DNA of 24,000 nucleotides from Ktedonobacterales bacterium (lineage in GTDB: Bacteria; Chloroflexota; Ktedonobacteria; Ktedonobacterales; Ktedonobacteraceae), in NCBI GenBank assembly GCA_038211295.1, contig JBBQVS010000029.1, positions 8,621 to 32,620 on the forward strand, read 5' to 3'. The notes under the pieces were generated by a model. That model saw only the letters and a list, made by a program, of their open reading frames with translations. It was not told where the DNA came from and did not search any database. The position numbers were made by a program, and so were the translations under genes. Shown here in pieces: positions 1-7,830 of this stretch; position 1 is the first letter of the stretch; each line of letters opens with the position of its first letter.

Positions 1-1
1 G

Positions 2-1564
2 GCTGAATGTGGGGAACGCGTTGCCGCTATTTTTGCTCGACATGGGGAGCCGTATTTCCGTATTCAGGAGAGTCAGGCACTTGCCAACGCTGTGCAAACG
101 ACGCCTGACGGAGCGGTGATTGCCACTGGCGGTGGTGCTGTTGTGCGCGAAGAAAATCGTGTGTTGATGGGGAGGTATGGGATACGTATCTGGTTACAGG
201 TTGATGCTACACTTGCTTTTGAACGTTTACACACTCAGTATAGAGCTGAACTGGCGCAGAAGCGTACTCCCGAAATACGCCCCCTACTCACGGGTTCAGA
301 GCCTTTACTCGCACTCCGCACGCTTACTGCTGCCCGTATGCCTTTCTACAGAGAGGCAGAGATTGTGTGTGACACGACAGGAAAAGACGGAGAGCAGGTT
401 GTACAGGAGATTAGCGCAATGCTTACACGTTTCGATAAACCTGAAGAATATAGTGTACCTATTACACGCCAAGTTCAGATAGGCGTAGGATATAGTGTTA
501 TTGTAGATTGGGGTGGACTTGCTCGATTAGCTGATTACCTTACGCAACGCTCGCTTTCCAGGCGTATTTTTCTCTTTACAGATAGCAACCTTGCCCAAAT
601 TTATGGGGAAACTGTTCTACAAAATCTTACGCAAGCAGGCTTTGACGCGCACCTCTATATTGTACCGGCAGGCGAAAAAAGCAAATCGTCCGAGCAACTC
701 AATGCTATCTATGATTGGTTGCTAGAGCATCGCGCGGAGCGGAGCGAGGCAATTATCGCTCTGGGCGGAGGTGTAATTGGTGATCTTGTTGGCTATGTTG
801 CCGCCACCTATCTGCGTGGTGTACCACTGATACAGGTGCCGACATCGTTACTCGCCCAGGTTGATGCCGCTATAGGCGGCAAAACAGGTATCAATCATCC
901 ACAGGGGAAAAACTTGATTGGCGCGTTTTATCATCCACGCCTTGTGCTTGTTGACCCCGCGCTCTTGCGGACGTTGCCGACGCGCGAACGAACTGAGGGA
1001 TGGGCAGAGGTCGTAAAGTATGGTATCATACTCGACACTGAATTATTCGCACGACTTGAGGCTCATGCGCAGCTACTACACACCTTCGAGCATCCTCCCG
1101 TCGCACTGCTCTGCCAGATAATCGCGCGTTGCATAGAACTCAAAGTGATGATTATAGAGGAAGATGAGCGTGAGCAAGGACGGCGTGCTATTCTCAACTA
1201 TGGTCATACCGTTGCCCATGCGCTGGAAAATATTGCTGGCTATGGTGTGTGGTTGCATGGTGAAGCTGTCTCGCTTGGTATGGTAGCTGCTGCACAACTG
1301 GCACATGAAGCAGGGATGTTTCCTGCCGAAGAGATGCACCGCCAGAATGCGTTACTTGTTGCGCTGGGCCTGCCTGTACAATATATGGGGCCAGTACAGG
1401 CAATGGATATTTTTGCGGCTATGCAGCTCGACAAGAAAGTCGTGGGAAAGCAGATACGCTGGATTATGCCGCAACACATTGGAACAGTAACGAGCGTGAC
1501 GCTCCCAGAGACGTTGGTACAGCGCGTTCTTACAACGTTTTTTACCACACAGAAGGCTGAATAA
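2..1564 (+). CDS. aroKB: bifunctional shikimate kinase / 3-dehydroquinate synthase (AroK-AroB fusion); 5' end lies outside the window
   Basis: The frame is open from nt 2, so the ORF-track start at 92 is only the first Met. The N-terminal part ([23 protein letters not shown]..., [19 protein letters not shown]) is shikimate-kinase-like. From about nt 450 the same ORF carries dehydroquinate synthase hallmarks: [47 protein letters not shown]. Confidence 0.9.
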   Translation, partial: AECGERVAAIFARHGEPYFRIQESQALANAVQTTPDGAVIATGGGAVVREENRVLMGRYGIRIWLQVDATLAFERLHTQYRAELAQKRTPEIRPLLTGSEPLLALRTLTAARMPFYREAEIVCDTTGKDGEQVVQEISAMLTRFDKPEEYSVPITRQVQIGVGYSVIVDWGGLARLADYLTQRSLSRRIFLFTDSNLAQIYGETVLQNLTQAGFDAHLYIVPAGEKSKSSEQLNAIYDWLLEHRAERSEAIIALGGGVIGDLVGYVAATYLRGVPLIQVPTSLLAQVDAAIGGKTGINHPQGKNLIGAFYHPRLVLVDPALLRTLPTRERTEGWAEVVKYGIILDTELFARLEAHAQLLHTFEHPPVALLCQIIARCIELKVMIIEEDEREQGRRAILNYGHTVAHALENIAGYGVWLHGEAVSLGMVAAAQLAHEAGMFPAEEMHRQNALLVALGLPVQYMGPVQAMDIFAAMQLDKKVVGKQIRWIMPQHIGTVTSVTLPETLVQRVLTTFFTTQKAE

Positions 1565-2028
1565 TGGAAGATGCGTTGCGTGTCTTGGTTCTAAACGGGC
1601 CAAACCTGAATACACTGGGGACGCGTGAACCCGCTATCTACGGAGCAGTCACGTTGGCAGATATTGAGAGTAGGTTAGTGGCACAAGGTAAAACGTTGAA
1701 CGCGACGGTGACGTGCTTTCAGTCGAACCACGAAGGGATATTGATTGATCGTATTCAGGAATACGCTAACGCGATTGATGGTATCATCATCAATCCGGGG
1801 GCGTTTACGCACTATTCACTAGCTATACGCGACGCGCTTGCCACTGTTAAAGCTCCAATTATAGAGGTACATATCAGTAATATTTACGCTCGCGAACCAT
1901 TTCGGCATCACTCTGTTATGGCGGCGATCTGTGAAGGACATATTGTAGGATTAGGCTGGCGTGGCTATACACTCGCGTTAGAAGTGCTTGTGGCAATAGT
2001 GCGCGAACAGCAGCACAAAGAGGAATAG
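1564..2028 (+). CDS. aroQ: type II 3-dehydroquinate dehydratase
   Basis: Motifs [29 protein letters not shown] and [17 protein letters not shown]. The ATG overlaps the upstream stop (TAATG), which suggests translational coupling. Confidence 0.93.
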   Translation: MEDALRVLVLNGPNLNTLGTREPAIYGAVTLADIESRLVAQGKTLNATVTCFQSNHEGILIDRIQEYANAIDGIIINPGAFTHYSLAIRDALATVKAPIIEVHISNIYAREPFRHHSVMAAICEGHIVGLGWRGYTLALEVLVAIVREQQHKEE

Positions 2029-2029
2029 T

Positions 2030-3133
2030 ATGAGTCAGGAAAATGTAACACAACTCCGCGTATGGATACAAGAACAGGGACTTGACGCATTTCTTATAGT
2101 ACAACCGCAGAACCGCTCGTATTTGAGCGGCTGGCTGAACGATGACGTGGAAGGGGCGGGCATCTTGCTTATAAGTCAGACACAGCGAGTTTTGATGACA
2201 ACGCCAATTTATAAAGAGGTTGCGTTAAGTGAAGCTAGTGGTTGGGAGGCTATTATTCCTGCGGCACGCGAGTACGCATCCGCAGTCGGCACGCTGGCGC
2301 AACAACAGGGTTGGAAAAAGATTGGTTTCGAGTCAACTGCTCTGCTCTACAGCGAATATGCAAAGTATCACAAGGTAGGAGAGAGTGTGTATGAATTTCT
2401 TCCCATTGAGGAAGATATCATCGGGAAGATGCGGCAGGTCAAAAGTTTAGACGAAATTGAACTGCTCAAACGTGCTATTGCCATCACAGATCAGACATTC
2501 ACACATCTCTGTTCATGGATTCAGGTGGGCATGACGGAAAAAGAGGTGGCGATGGAGATAGCACGTAAGATGGCAGAGTTGGGTGCTGATGGTCTAGCTT
2601 TCGAGTCAATTGTTGCATCCGGCTCCAATGGATCGATGCCACACGCGGAGCCAGGATCGCGCAAACTTCAGGGTGGTGAGCTTATCACTATTGATATGGG
2701 CGCACGTTATAAAGGGTATTGTGGTGATATGACTCGCACCGTTTGCCTCGGTGAGCCGTCCGAGCCACGTATGCGCGAAGTGTACGAGGCAGTGCTACAC
2801 GCGATGAAGACCTGTGAAGCGGGTCTGCACGCGGGTATCTCTGGCAAGGCTGCCGATGCGCTCGCACGTAACGCGTTGGCAGAGTCAAACCTGGCTGAAT
2901 ACTACGTACATAGCACCGGTCATGGCGTTGGTCTCCAGATACACGAAGGGCCAAACCTGTCGGCACGCGCACCAGAGGACGTTTTGCTGCCCGTTGGTGC
3001 TGTTGTCACCGTCGAGCCAGGCGTATATATTCCCGGCTGGACTGGTACACGCGTGGAAGATTGTGTCCTGTTGAAAGAAGATGGCATTGAAGTGCTCACG
3101 CAGTCGCCAACCGATTTAGTCCTACCACGTTAG
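2030..3133 (+). CDS. pepP: Xaa-Pro aminopeptidase/dipeptidase, M24B family
   Basis: C-terminal pita-bread domain with HSTGHGVGLQIHEGP and TVEPGVYIPG, plus a creatinase-like N-domain. An AAGAGGAA RBS sits upstream. The position between aroQ and efp matches Bacillus yqhT. Confidence 0.9.
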   Translation: MSQENVTQLRVWIQEQGLDAFLIVQPQNRSYLSGWLNDDVEGAGILLISQTQRVLMTTPIYKEVALSEASGWEAIIPAAREYASAVGTLAQQQGWKKIGFESTALLYSEYAKYHKVGESVYEFLPIEEDIIGKMRQVKSLDEIELLKRAIAITDQTFTHLCSWIQVGMTEKEVAMEIARKMAELGADGLAFESIVASGSNGSMPHAEPGSRKLQGGELITIDMGARYKGYCGDMTRTVCLGEPSEPRMREVYEAVLHAMKTCEAGLHAGISGKAADALARNALAESNLAEYYVHSTGHGVGLQIHEGPNLSARAPEDVLLPVGAVVTVEPGVYIPGWTGTRVEDCVLLKEDGIEVLTQSPTDLVLPR

Positions 3134-3186
3134 AATAGAACCGGAGTAGCAAGAAAAATAGCTACAGGGTATAGCAAGGAGTTTTT

Positions 3187-3744
3187 ATGATTTCCACCGG
3201 CGACCTGAAAAAGGGCGTAACTATCGAATTTGAAAATCAGCTATGTAGCATTTTGGATTGGCAACATATCAAAATGGGACGCGGTGGTGCGATTGTACGA
3301 TTGAAATTACGCAATCTCCGTACAGGCTCAACGATTGACCGCACTTGTGACGCTGGTGACAAATTCAAACGCGTATACCTTGACCGTAGAACCGTAACCT
3401 ATCAATATCAGGATGGCGACCAGTATCATTTTATGGATACCAGCAGTTATGACGATATTGTGTTGACCTCGGCACAATTGGGAAGCACGAAAAACTTCCT
3501 GATTGATGATATCGAGCTTGATCTAATTCTTTTTAACGAGGAGCCACTTTCGGTTGAACCACCAGAAAAAGTCGTTCTGTTGGTCACATATACTGAGCCA
3601 GGGTACAAGGGCGATACCGCGACAGGCGGCACGAAGCCTGCGACGACGGAGACGGGTTTTGTGGTACAGGTGCCTCTGTTTGTGGCAAATGGTGACAAGA
3701 TTCGTGTTAACACGACGAGCGGTGAATACGTTGAACGCGCCTGA
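3187..3744 (+). CDS. efp: translation elongation factor P
   Basis: 185 aa. N-terminal KOW-like domain and C-terminal KPATTETGFVVQVPLFV...GEYVERA. AAGGAG RBS. The tip residue of the modification loop is Arg32 (see findings). Confidence 0.95.
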   Translation: MISTGDLKKGVTIEFENQLCSILDWQHIKMGRGGAIVRLKLRNLRTGSTIDRTCDAGDKFKRVYLDRRTVTYQYQDGDQYHFMDTSSYDDIVLTSAQLGSTKNFLIDDIELDLILFNEEPLSVEPPEKVVLLVTYTEPGYKGDTATGGTKPATTETGFVVQVPLFVANGDKIRVNTTSGEYVERA

Positions 3745-3788
3745 TAAAAGCGTTCTTGCTAAATTTTACCAAAGTGCGGAGTTTTTGT

Positions 3789-4334
3789 ATGGATGGAAAT
3801 GGATATAATCCCTACGATCTGGAAGTGAATGCGAATGGCGAATCTGGTGCTTCCAACCTAAATGTAACCCAGGCATCCATTAGTATCGAGCAATTGCAGC
3901 ATCTGGTACAGTTGCTTGACCATAGTGATGTGTCAGAGATTGAATTACATCGTCCCGATGAGGGAACGCGTTTAGTGCTACGCAAAGCAAAGGCGGTGGA
4001 ACCCGCTGAAATGCAGTTGCGACAGATAGTGCTGCCAACCTCTGCTGCTTTAGCGCAGAGCGAAACTGTGCCGAGTGTAGAGACAAAACACGATGTGCTT
4101 GCGCCACTTGTTGGCATCTTTCACACATGGGCAAAGCCAAAAGGTGGAACCCTGGTTGCTGTCGGTGATAAGGTAAAAGCCGGGCAGCTTGTGGGAACGA
4201 TTCAATCGCTCAACGTGATAAACGAGGTAGAGACCTCAAAGGCCGGGCGCGTGGTAGATATTCTTGTGCAGGAAGGCCAGGCCGTAGAATACGGGCAGCA
4301 TCTGATGACCGTTGACATTGGGGAAGGGGCATAG
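3789..4334 (+). CDS. accB: biotin carboxyl carrier protein (BCCP)-like protein lacking the biotinyl-lysine motif
   Basis: The C-terminal 76 aa align without gaps to the BCCP biotinyl domain (APLVGIFH...VGDKVKAGQLVG...VETSKAGRVVDILVQEGQAVEYGQHLMTVD). The N-terminus (IEQLQHLVQLLDHSDVSEIEL) is BCCP-like. I prefer the ATG at 3789 (GGAG 7 nt upstream) over the ORF-track start at 3756. The canonical EAMKM reads QSLNV here. Confidence 0.8.
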   Translation: MDGNGYNPYDLEVNANGESGASNLNVTQASISIEQLQHLVQLLDHSDVSEIELHRPDEGTRLVLRKAKAVEPAEMQLRQIVLPTSAALAQSETVPSVETKHDVLAPLVGIFHTWAKPKGGTLVAVGDKVKAGQLVGTIQSLNVINEVETSKAGRVVDILVQEGQAVEYGQHLMTVDIGEGA

Positions 4335-4339
4335 CGTCG

Positions 4340-5557
4340 ATGCTCGATTATACTGATACCGCCGCCATTGTAAGCGTCACGGAAATCTCGCTGTATATCA
4401 AAGCACTGCTTGACAAAAACGACATTCTACAAAATATCTGGGTGCATGGAGAGATTTCTAATTATAAAACATACGCCTCCGGTCATTGTTATTTTACTCT
4501 GAAAGAGGGAGACGCACAACTGATGTGTGTCTTTTTCAAGCACGCGCGGCAACGTTCGTCTGCTCCTACTCTGCGTGATGGCATGGCGGTTGCGGTAAAT
4601 GGACGCGCCGCATACTACGAGCGTGATGGCAAGCTTCAGTTTTATGTTGATGCTGTGAAGTTGCTGGGCGAGGGTATACTTTTTCAGCGTTTTGAACAAC
4701 TCAAAGCTCAGCTAGCTGCCGAAGGACTCTTCGACGCAGGGCGCAAACGTTCGCTTCCGTCTCAACCTACTATTATTGGCATTGTCACTTCTCCGCAAGC
4801 CGCAGCATTGCGCGATATGGTGCGTGTCCTGCGTACACGCTATCCCCTCGCTCAAGTGCTCCTCTCGCCCTCGTTGGTACAGGGGGCGGAAGCTCCGTCC
4901 GCAATCGCCAACGCGCTGGACTTGTTGAACGAGCATGGAGAAGCTGACGTTATCATTGTTGGGCGGGGAGGCGGCTCCGTTGAAGAATTATGGGCATTCA
5001 ACGAAGAGGTTGTCGCACGGGCCATTGCTCGTTCGCGCATCCCCGTTATCAGTGCTGTTGGTCATGAAACCGATTTTACTATTGCCGATTTTGTCGCGGA
5101 TCATCGCGCCTCCACTCCAACGGCTGCGGCTGTTGTGGCTGTGCCGGATATCGAAGAATGGCGCGATGATGTGCGCGAACAGCAACAAATGCTATATGAT
5201 ACTATGGAAGACCGATTGTTTCGGCTTGGCGAGGAACTCGAACGCACGCAGCTTGCGCTCCACCATGCTAGCCCCTTAAAACTGATTGACAACCGACGTC
5301 AACAACTTGACGACACAATGGAACGATTGTATCAGCAGATGAGCCATACGCTCTCGTTGCAGCGTGAACGATTGCGTAGTGCCGCGTTGCAACTACATTC
5401 GCTTAGTCCCTTGCTCACGATCGCACGCGGATATGCCGTTGTGAGACGCGATAGCGACCAGACAATCATTACGAGCACAAACCAGACACAACCAGGTGAT
5501 ACACTCACTGTCCAGGTGCAGGACGGACAGTTTCCAGTCGAAGTACGGACTCTTTGA
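4340..5557 (+). CDS. xseA: exodeoxyribonuclease VII large subunit
   Basis: N-terminal OB fold (VSVTEISLYIKALLD...IWVHGEISNYKTYASGHCYFTLKE), catalytic core (IGIVTSPQAAALRDM, GRGGGSVEELWAFNEE, ISAVGHETDFTIADFVADHRASTPTAAA) and a C-terminal coiled coil. Confidence 0.95.
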   Translation: MLDYTDTAAIVSVTEISLYIKALLDKNDILQNIWVHGEISNYKTYASGHCYFTLKEGDAQLMCVFFKHARQRSSAPTLRDGMAVAVNGRAAYYERDGKLQFYVDAVKLLGEGILFQRFEQLKAQLAAEGLFDAGRKRSLPSQPTIIGIVTSPQAAALRDMVRVLRTRYPLAQVLLSPSLVQGAEAPSAIANALDLLNEHGEADVIIVGRGGGSVEELWAFNEEVVARAIARSRIPVISAVGHETDFTIADFVADHRASTPTAAAVVAVPDIEEWRDDVREQQQMLYDTMEDRLFRLGEELERTQLALHHASPLKLIDNRRQQLDDTMERLYQQMSHTLSLQRERLRSAALQLHSLSPLLTIARGYAVVRRDSDQTIITSTNQTQPGDTLTVQVQDGQFPVEVRTL

Positions 5558-5588
5558 AGACAAATTTTTTTGAATAGGTAGGTGGATT

Positions 5589-5810
5589 GTGGAGTCTTTA
5601 TCTTATGAAGAAGCTTTCACGCAACTGGAAGCGGCGGTTGCGGCCTTACAGGATGGAAAACTGCCGCTCGAACGAGCTATGCAGTATTACCAAGAAGGTA
5701 TGAAGCTAGCACAGCATTGTGATGGCTTGTTGCAGAAAGCCGAGCTTTCGGTTCAGCAGTTAAGTGTTACAACTGATGGCACGTTTGACACGCAACCGAT
5801 AGAAGTCTAA
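5589..5810 (+). CDS. xseB: exodeoxyribonuclease VII small subunit
   Basis: GTG start after AGGTAGGTGG. SYEEAFTQLEAAVAALQDGKLPLERAMQYYQEGMKLAQHC is the typical XseB helix-hairpin. It lies directly after xseA. Confidence 0.9.
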   Translation: MESLSYEEAFTQLEAAVAALQDGKLPLERAMQYYQEGMKLAQHCDGLLQKAELSVQQLSVTTDGTFDTQPIEV

Positions 5811-5829
5811 AAAGGAATAAAATATCTCT

Positions 5830-6276
5830 ATGGTACACAATTCGTTGCTGGACAATCGCATTCTTCTGGCATCCTTTCTTGCATGGGCGGTTGCCCAGAT
5901 TGCTAAAACTCTTCTCGATCTGTTTCGGCAGCGTAAACTCATTCTTGCTCGCCTTGTTTCTTCGGGCGGAATGCCTAGTTCGCATTCCGCACTGGTGACA
6001 GGGCTTGCGACTGCGACGGGACGTATCGCTGGAATGGGATCTGCGTCTTTTGCTATCGCCGTTGTTATGGCGAGTATAGTTATGTATGACGCGGCAGGTG
6101 TGCGGCGAGCGGTAAGTATTCAGGCACGTATTCTCAACCAGATGATTGATGAAGCGTTTCAAGGAAGTCCGATGGCGGAAAAGCGGTTGCGTGAACTTAT
6201 TGGACATACTCCTATTCAGGTATTTGTCGGCGCACTTCTCGGCATTGGTGTTGGTTTACTACTAACTGCACAATAA
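5830..6276 (+). CDS. divergent PAP2 / DUF212 (YuiD-like) membrane protein
   Basis: Motifs GGMPSSHSALVTG, MYDAAGVRR and LRELIGHTPIQVFVGALLG match the YuiD / acid-phosphatase-vanadium-haloperoxidase-related family. Hydrophobic segments are present. Confidence 0.85.
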   Translation: MVHNSLLDNRILLASFLAWAVAQIAKTLLDLFRQRKLILARLVSSGGMPSSHSALVTGLATATGRIAGMGSASFAIAVVMASIVMYDAAGVRRAVSIQARILNQMIDEAFQGSPMAEKRLRELIGHTPIQVFVGALLGIGVGLLLTAQ

Positions 6277-6513
6277 AGAGATGCTGAGAAATAAGGGAAA
6301 TACATCTTTTGTAAGTACAAGGTACTTGCAAAGGGAGCTTCCAAAACCAAAACATACACACGTCTACACAACTAAGTATTTCTAACAATGCTCCCTTTAG
6401 TACACAAAAAATGGTACATTGAAAATTGTAAATAGAGTTCGTGATACATCATTTCTGTCAAAAAAGAAAATAGCCGAGTATTTCTCGTTTCCTTACAGGA
6501 GGTGGGTAAAGCA

Positions 6514-6531
6514 CCCGTCTTTTTAAGCGGG
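6514..6531 (+). repeat. left-end subterminal imperfect hairpin (cccg-t-ctt ttt aag-cggg)
   Basis: The 19-mer 6514-6532 (cccgtctttttaagcgggg) matches 7747-7765 (cccgtctttctaagcgggg) at 18 of 19 positions. It folds as a 7-bp stem with one bulged T and a 3-nt loop. Confidence 0.8.
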
Positions 6532-6717
6532 GGATAGAAGCCCGCTCCGTTCGGGGCGTGATAGGTCGGGTCTGTAGCTTGCATCATCCCAGGCAAGGTA
6601 TACATCAAGTGCACGTCTGATGATTTCAGCCATTGCTACATCATCTTCCTGACTTCGCTTTTCTCATTGTGTCTTTTGTCTCTCTGTAAGGTAAACGTTG
6701 GTTCGTTCTTTTCTCAT
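6523..6717 (-). pseudogene. ribbon-helix-helix (CopG/Arc-like) DNA-binding protein interrupted by one in-frame TGA
   Basis: Minus-strand translation: MRKERTNVYLTERQKTQ*EKRSQEDDVAMAEIIRRALDVYLAWDDASYRPDLSRPERSGLLSPA*. This fits the RHH pattern of a beta-strand (RTNVYL), helix A, and helix B (AEIIRRALDVYL). GAGGGA RBS lies 7 nt before the ATG at 6717. The internal stop is at 6664-6666. Confidence 0.5.
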
Positions 6718-6730
6718 TGTATTTTCCCTC

Positions 6731-6786
6731 TTGACATGATAACCCACAATGGTGTGTACTCTACCAGAGAGAAACACATAATGCAA
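6731..6786. promoter_or_regulatory. candidate overlapping divergent promoters for tnpB (+) and the RHH ORF (-)
   Basis: + strand: TTGACA (6731-6736), 18-nt spacer, TGTACT (6755-6760). - strand: TTGCAT (6786-6781), 17-nt spacer, TAGAGT (6763-6758). The two -10 boxes overlap. Calls rest on sequence pattern only. Confidence 0.3.
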
Positions 6787-6807
6787 GAGGAAAGGAGGGA
6801 CGCCGCG

Positions 6808-7759
6808 ATGCTCATCTACGAATACAAGATTGATGCCAACAAAAAGCAACGAGAAGCGATTGACAACGCTATCAGGATATGTCAGTTCATCAGGAACAAA
6901 TGTATCCGTTTGTGGATGGACGAACGCGGCGTCTCTAACAATGACTTGCAAGTCTCCTGCTCAACCCTTGCTAAGCAGTACGACTTTGCCGAGTGCCTCA
7001 ACTCACAAGCTCGTCAAGCGTCATCAGATCGAGCATGGTTCTCTATTCAACGTTTCTACGACAATTGCAAAAACAAGAAACCTGGGAAGAAAGGCTATCC
7101 CCGATTTCAGCATGACAACCGTTCGGTAGAATACAAGCAAACAGGGTGGAAGCTTGAACCTGACGGGAAACATATCACCTTCACGGATAAGTGCGGCATA
7201 GGCTTCTAAATGTACGAAAAAAAGCAAGAAGAGAAAAAAGGCACAAAAGAAATTGGCAAAGGCGCATTTGAAAGTCAGGAGGCAGCGTGAAGATTTCGCT
7301 CGAAAACAGGCGAACGCGCTCATTACCTCTAGCGATGTGATTGCCTAGGAGAAACTTTCAATTAAGAACATGGTCAAAAATCATCATCTTGCTAAATCGA
7401 TAAGCGATGCCTCGTGGGGCAAGTTCCTCATGTGGGTCAACTACTATGGGACGATACATACCGTTCCTGCGCAAGCGGTTGCGCCCAACTTCACCTCACA
7501 GGATTGTAGTGCATGTGGCACTCGCGTCAAAAAGAGTCTCAGCGTGAGGACGCATGTGTGCCACAAGTGCGGCGTGGTTCTTGATCGAGACCACAACGCC
7601 GCGCTCAACATTTTAGAGAAATCCCGTACCGTCGGGCAGACGGGAACGGCCTCTTGTTCGCAGGAGGAAAACGCTTCTGGACAGAAGACCCCTACTCGCG
7701 TATCGAGAGGTACATTGAGCAAGTCGGCTGGTGGAAAGAAGAATTCCCCGTCTTTCTAA
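6808..7759 (+). pseudogene. tnpB: tnpB (IS605 OrfB / RNA-guided nuclease), decayed by an internal deletion with frameshift and an in-frame TAG
   Basis: The N-terminal 134 aa (MLIYEYKIDANKKQREAIDNAIR...GYPRFQHDNRSVEYKQ...) end at a stop at 7207-7209. The reading resumes in another frame: ...KKRKKAQKKLAKAHLKVRRQREDFARKQANALITSSDVIA*EKLSIKNMVKNHHLAKSISDASWGKF...TSQDCSACG...CHKCG...DRDHNAALNI. The segment that would hold the first RuvC Asp (GIDLG-type) is absent. The TAG is at 7346-7348. Confidence 0.88.
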
Positions 7760-7765
7760 GCGGGG
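7746..7765 (+). repeat. right-end subterminal hairpin (ccccg-t-ctt tct aag-cgggg), overlapping the tnpB stop codon
   Basis: Same fold as the left-end hairpin. The tnpB TAA (7757-7759) lies inside it. This is the region that would form the 3' scaffold of an omegaRNA in intact relatives. Confidence 0.8.
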
Positions 7766-7830
7766 AAGTGTCAAAACGTTCATTCTCACTAACATGTGTT
7801 ATGGCAAACAATCGGTAGGGAGGATTTAAG

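Larger units (their letters stand above)
6497..7774 (+). mobile_element. IS200/IS605-family (IS608-like) element without tnpA; it carries a decayed tnpB and an RHH-like ORF
   Basis: Near-identical hairpins in the same orientation at 6514-6531 and 7746-7765. TTAC (6493-6496) lies 17 nt 5' of the left hairpin, with AAAG (6508-6511) just before the hairpin foot. GAAT (7741-7744) sits just before the right hairpin, and TCAA (7771-7774) ends 9 nt after it. The boundaries are inferred from these features. Confidence 0.65.

Noticed and set aside
177-482. The many 60-130-aa alternative-frame or antisense ORFs throughout the track, for example 177..482, 1240..1548, 10419..10745, 12569..12967, 15568..15972 and 17409..17804.
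   Set aside because: They are fully nested in well-supported genes, lack RBSs and have biased, non-protein-like composition.
3756-3788. An earlier start for the BCCP-like gene (MLNFTKVRSFC...).
   Set aside because: There is no RBS, and this start begins only 12 nt after the efp stop. The ATG at 3789 has GGAG at the proper spacing. The earlier start is not excluded.
6372-6614. An 80-aa minus-strand ORF in the track (MHLMYTLPGMMQ...).
   Set aside because: It runs through AT-rich, low-complexity DNA and reads the RHH tail region and left-end hairpin out of frame. It has no RBS and no recognisable fold.
6277-6717. A type II toxin-antitoxin pair, with the RHH ORF as the antitoxin.
   Set aside because: No toxin-sized ORF lies downstream (6277-6522 is AT-rich with stops in all frames), and none lies upstream apart from antisense tnpB. 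At most this is an orphan or decayed antitoxin-like gene.
6718-6951. The upstream 78 codons of the 95-aa minus-strand ORF 6664..6951.
   Set aside because: This part is antisense to the tnpB N-terminus. Only the last 17 codons (MRKERTNVYLTERQKTQ) make sense, as the start of the RHH ORF, which has its own RBS.
7210-7290. A short ORF, MYEKKQEEKKGTKEIGKGAFESQEAA.
   Set aside because: It is an out-of-frame reading of the Lys-rich tnpB segment. The correct frame gives KKRKKAQKKLAKAHLKV...
6808-7759. An exapted, nuclease-dead TnpB acting as an RNA-guided regulator (TldR-like) of the adjacent response regulator.
   Set aside because: The reading frame is broken by a deletion with frameshift and by an in-frame TAG. 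No full-length protein can be made, so this is decay rather than domestication.
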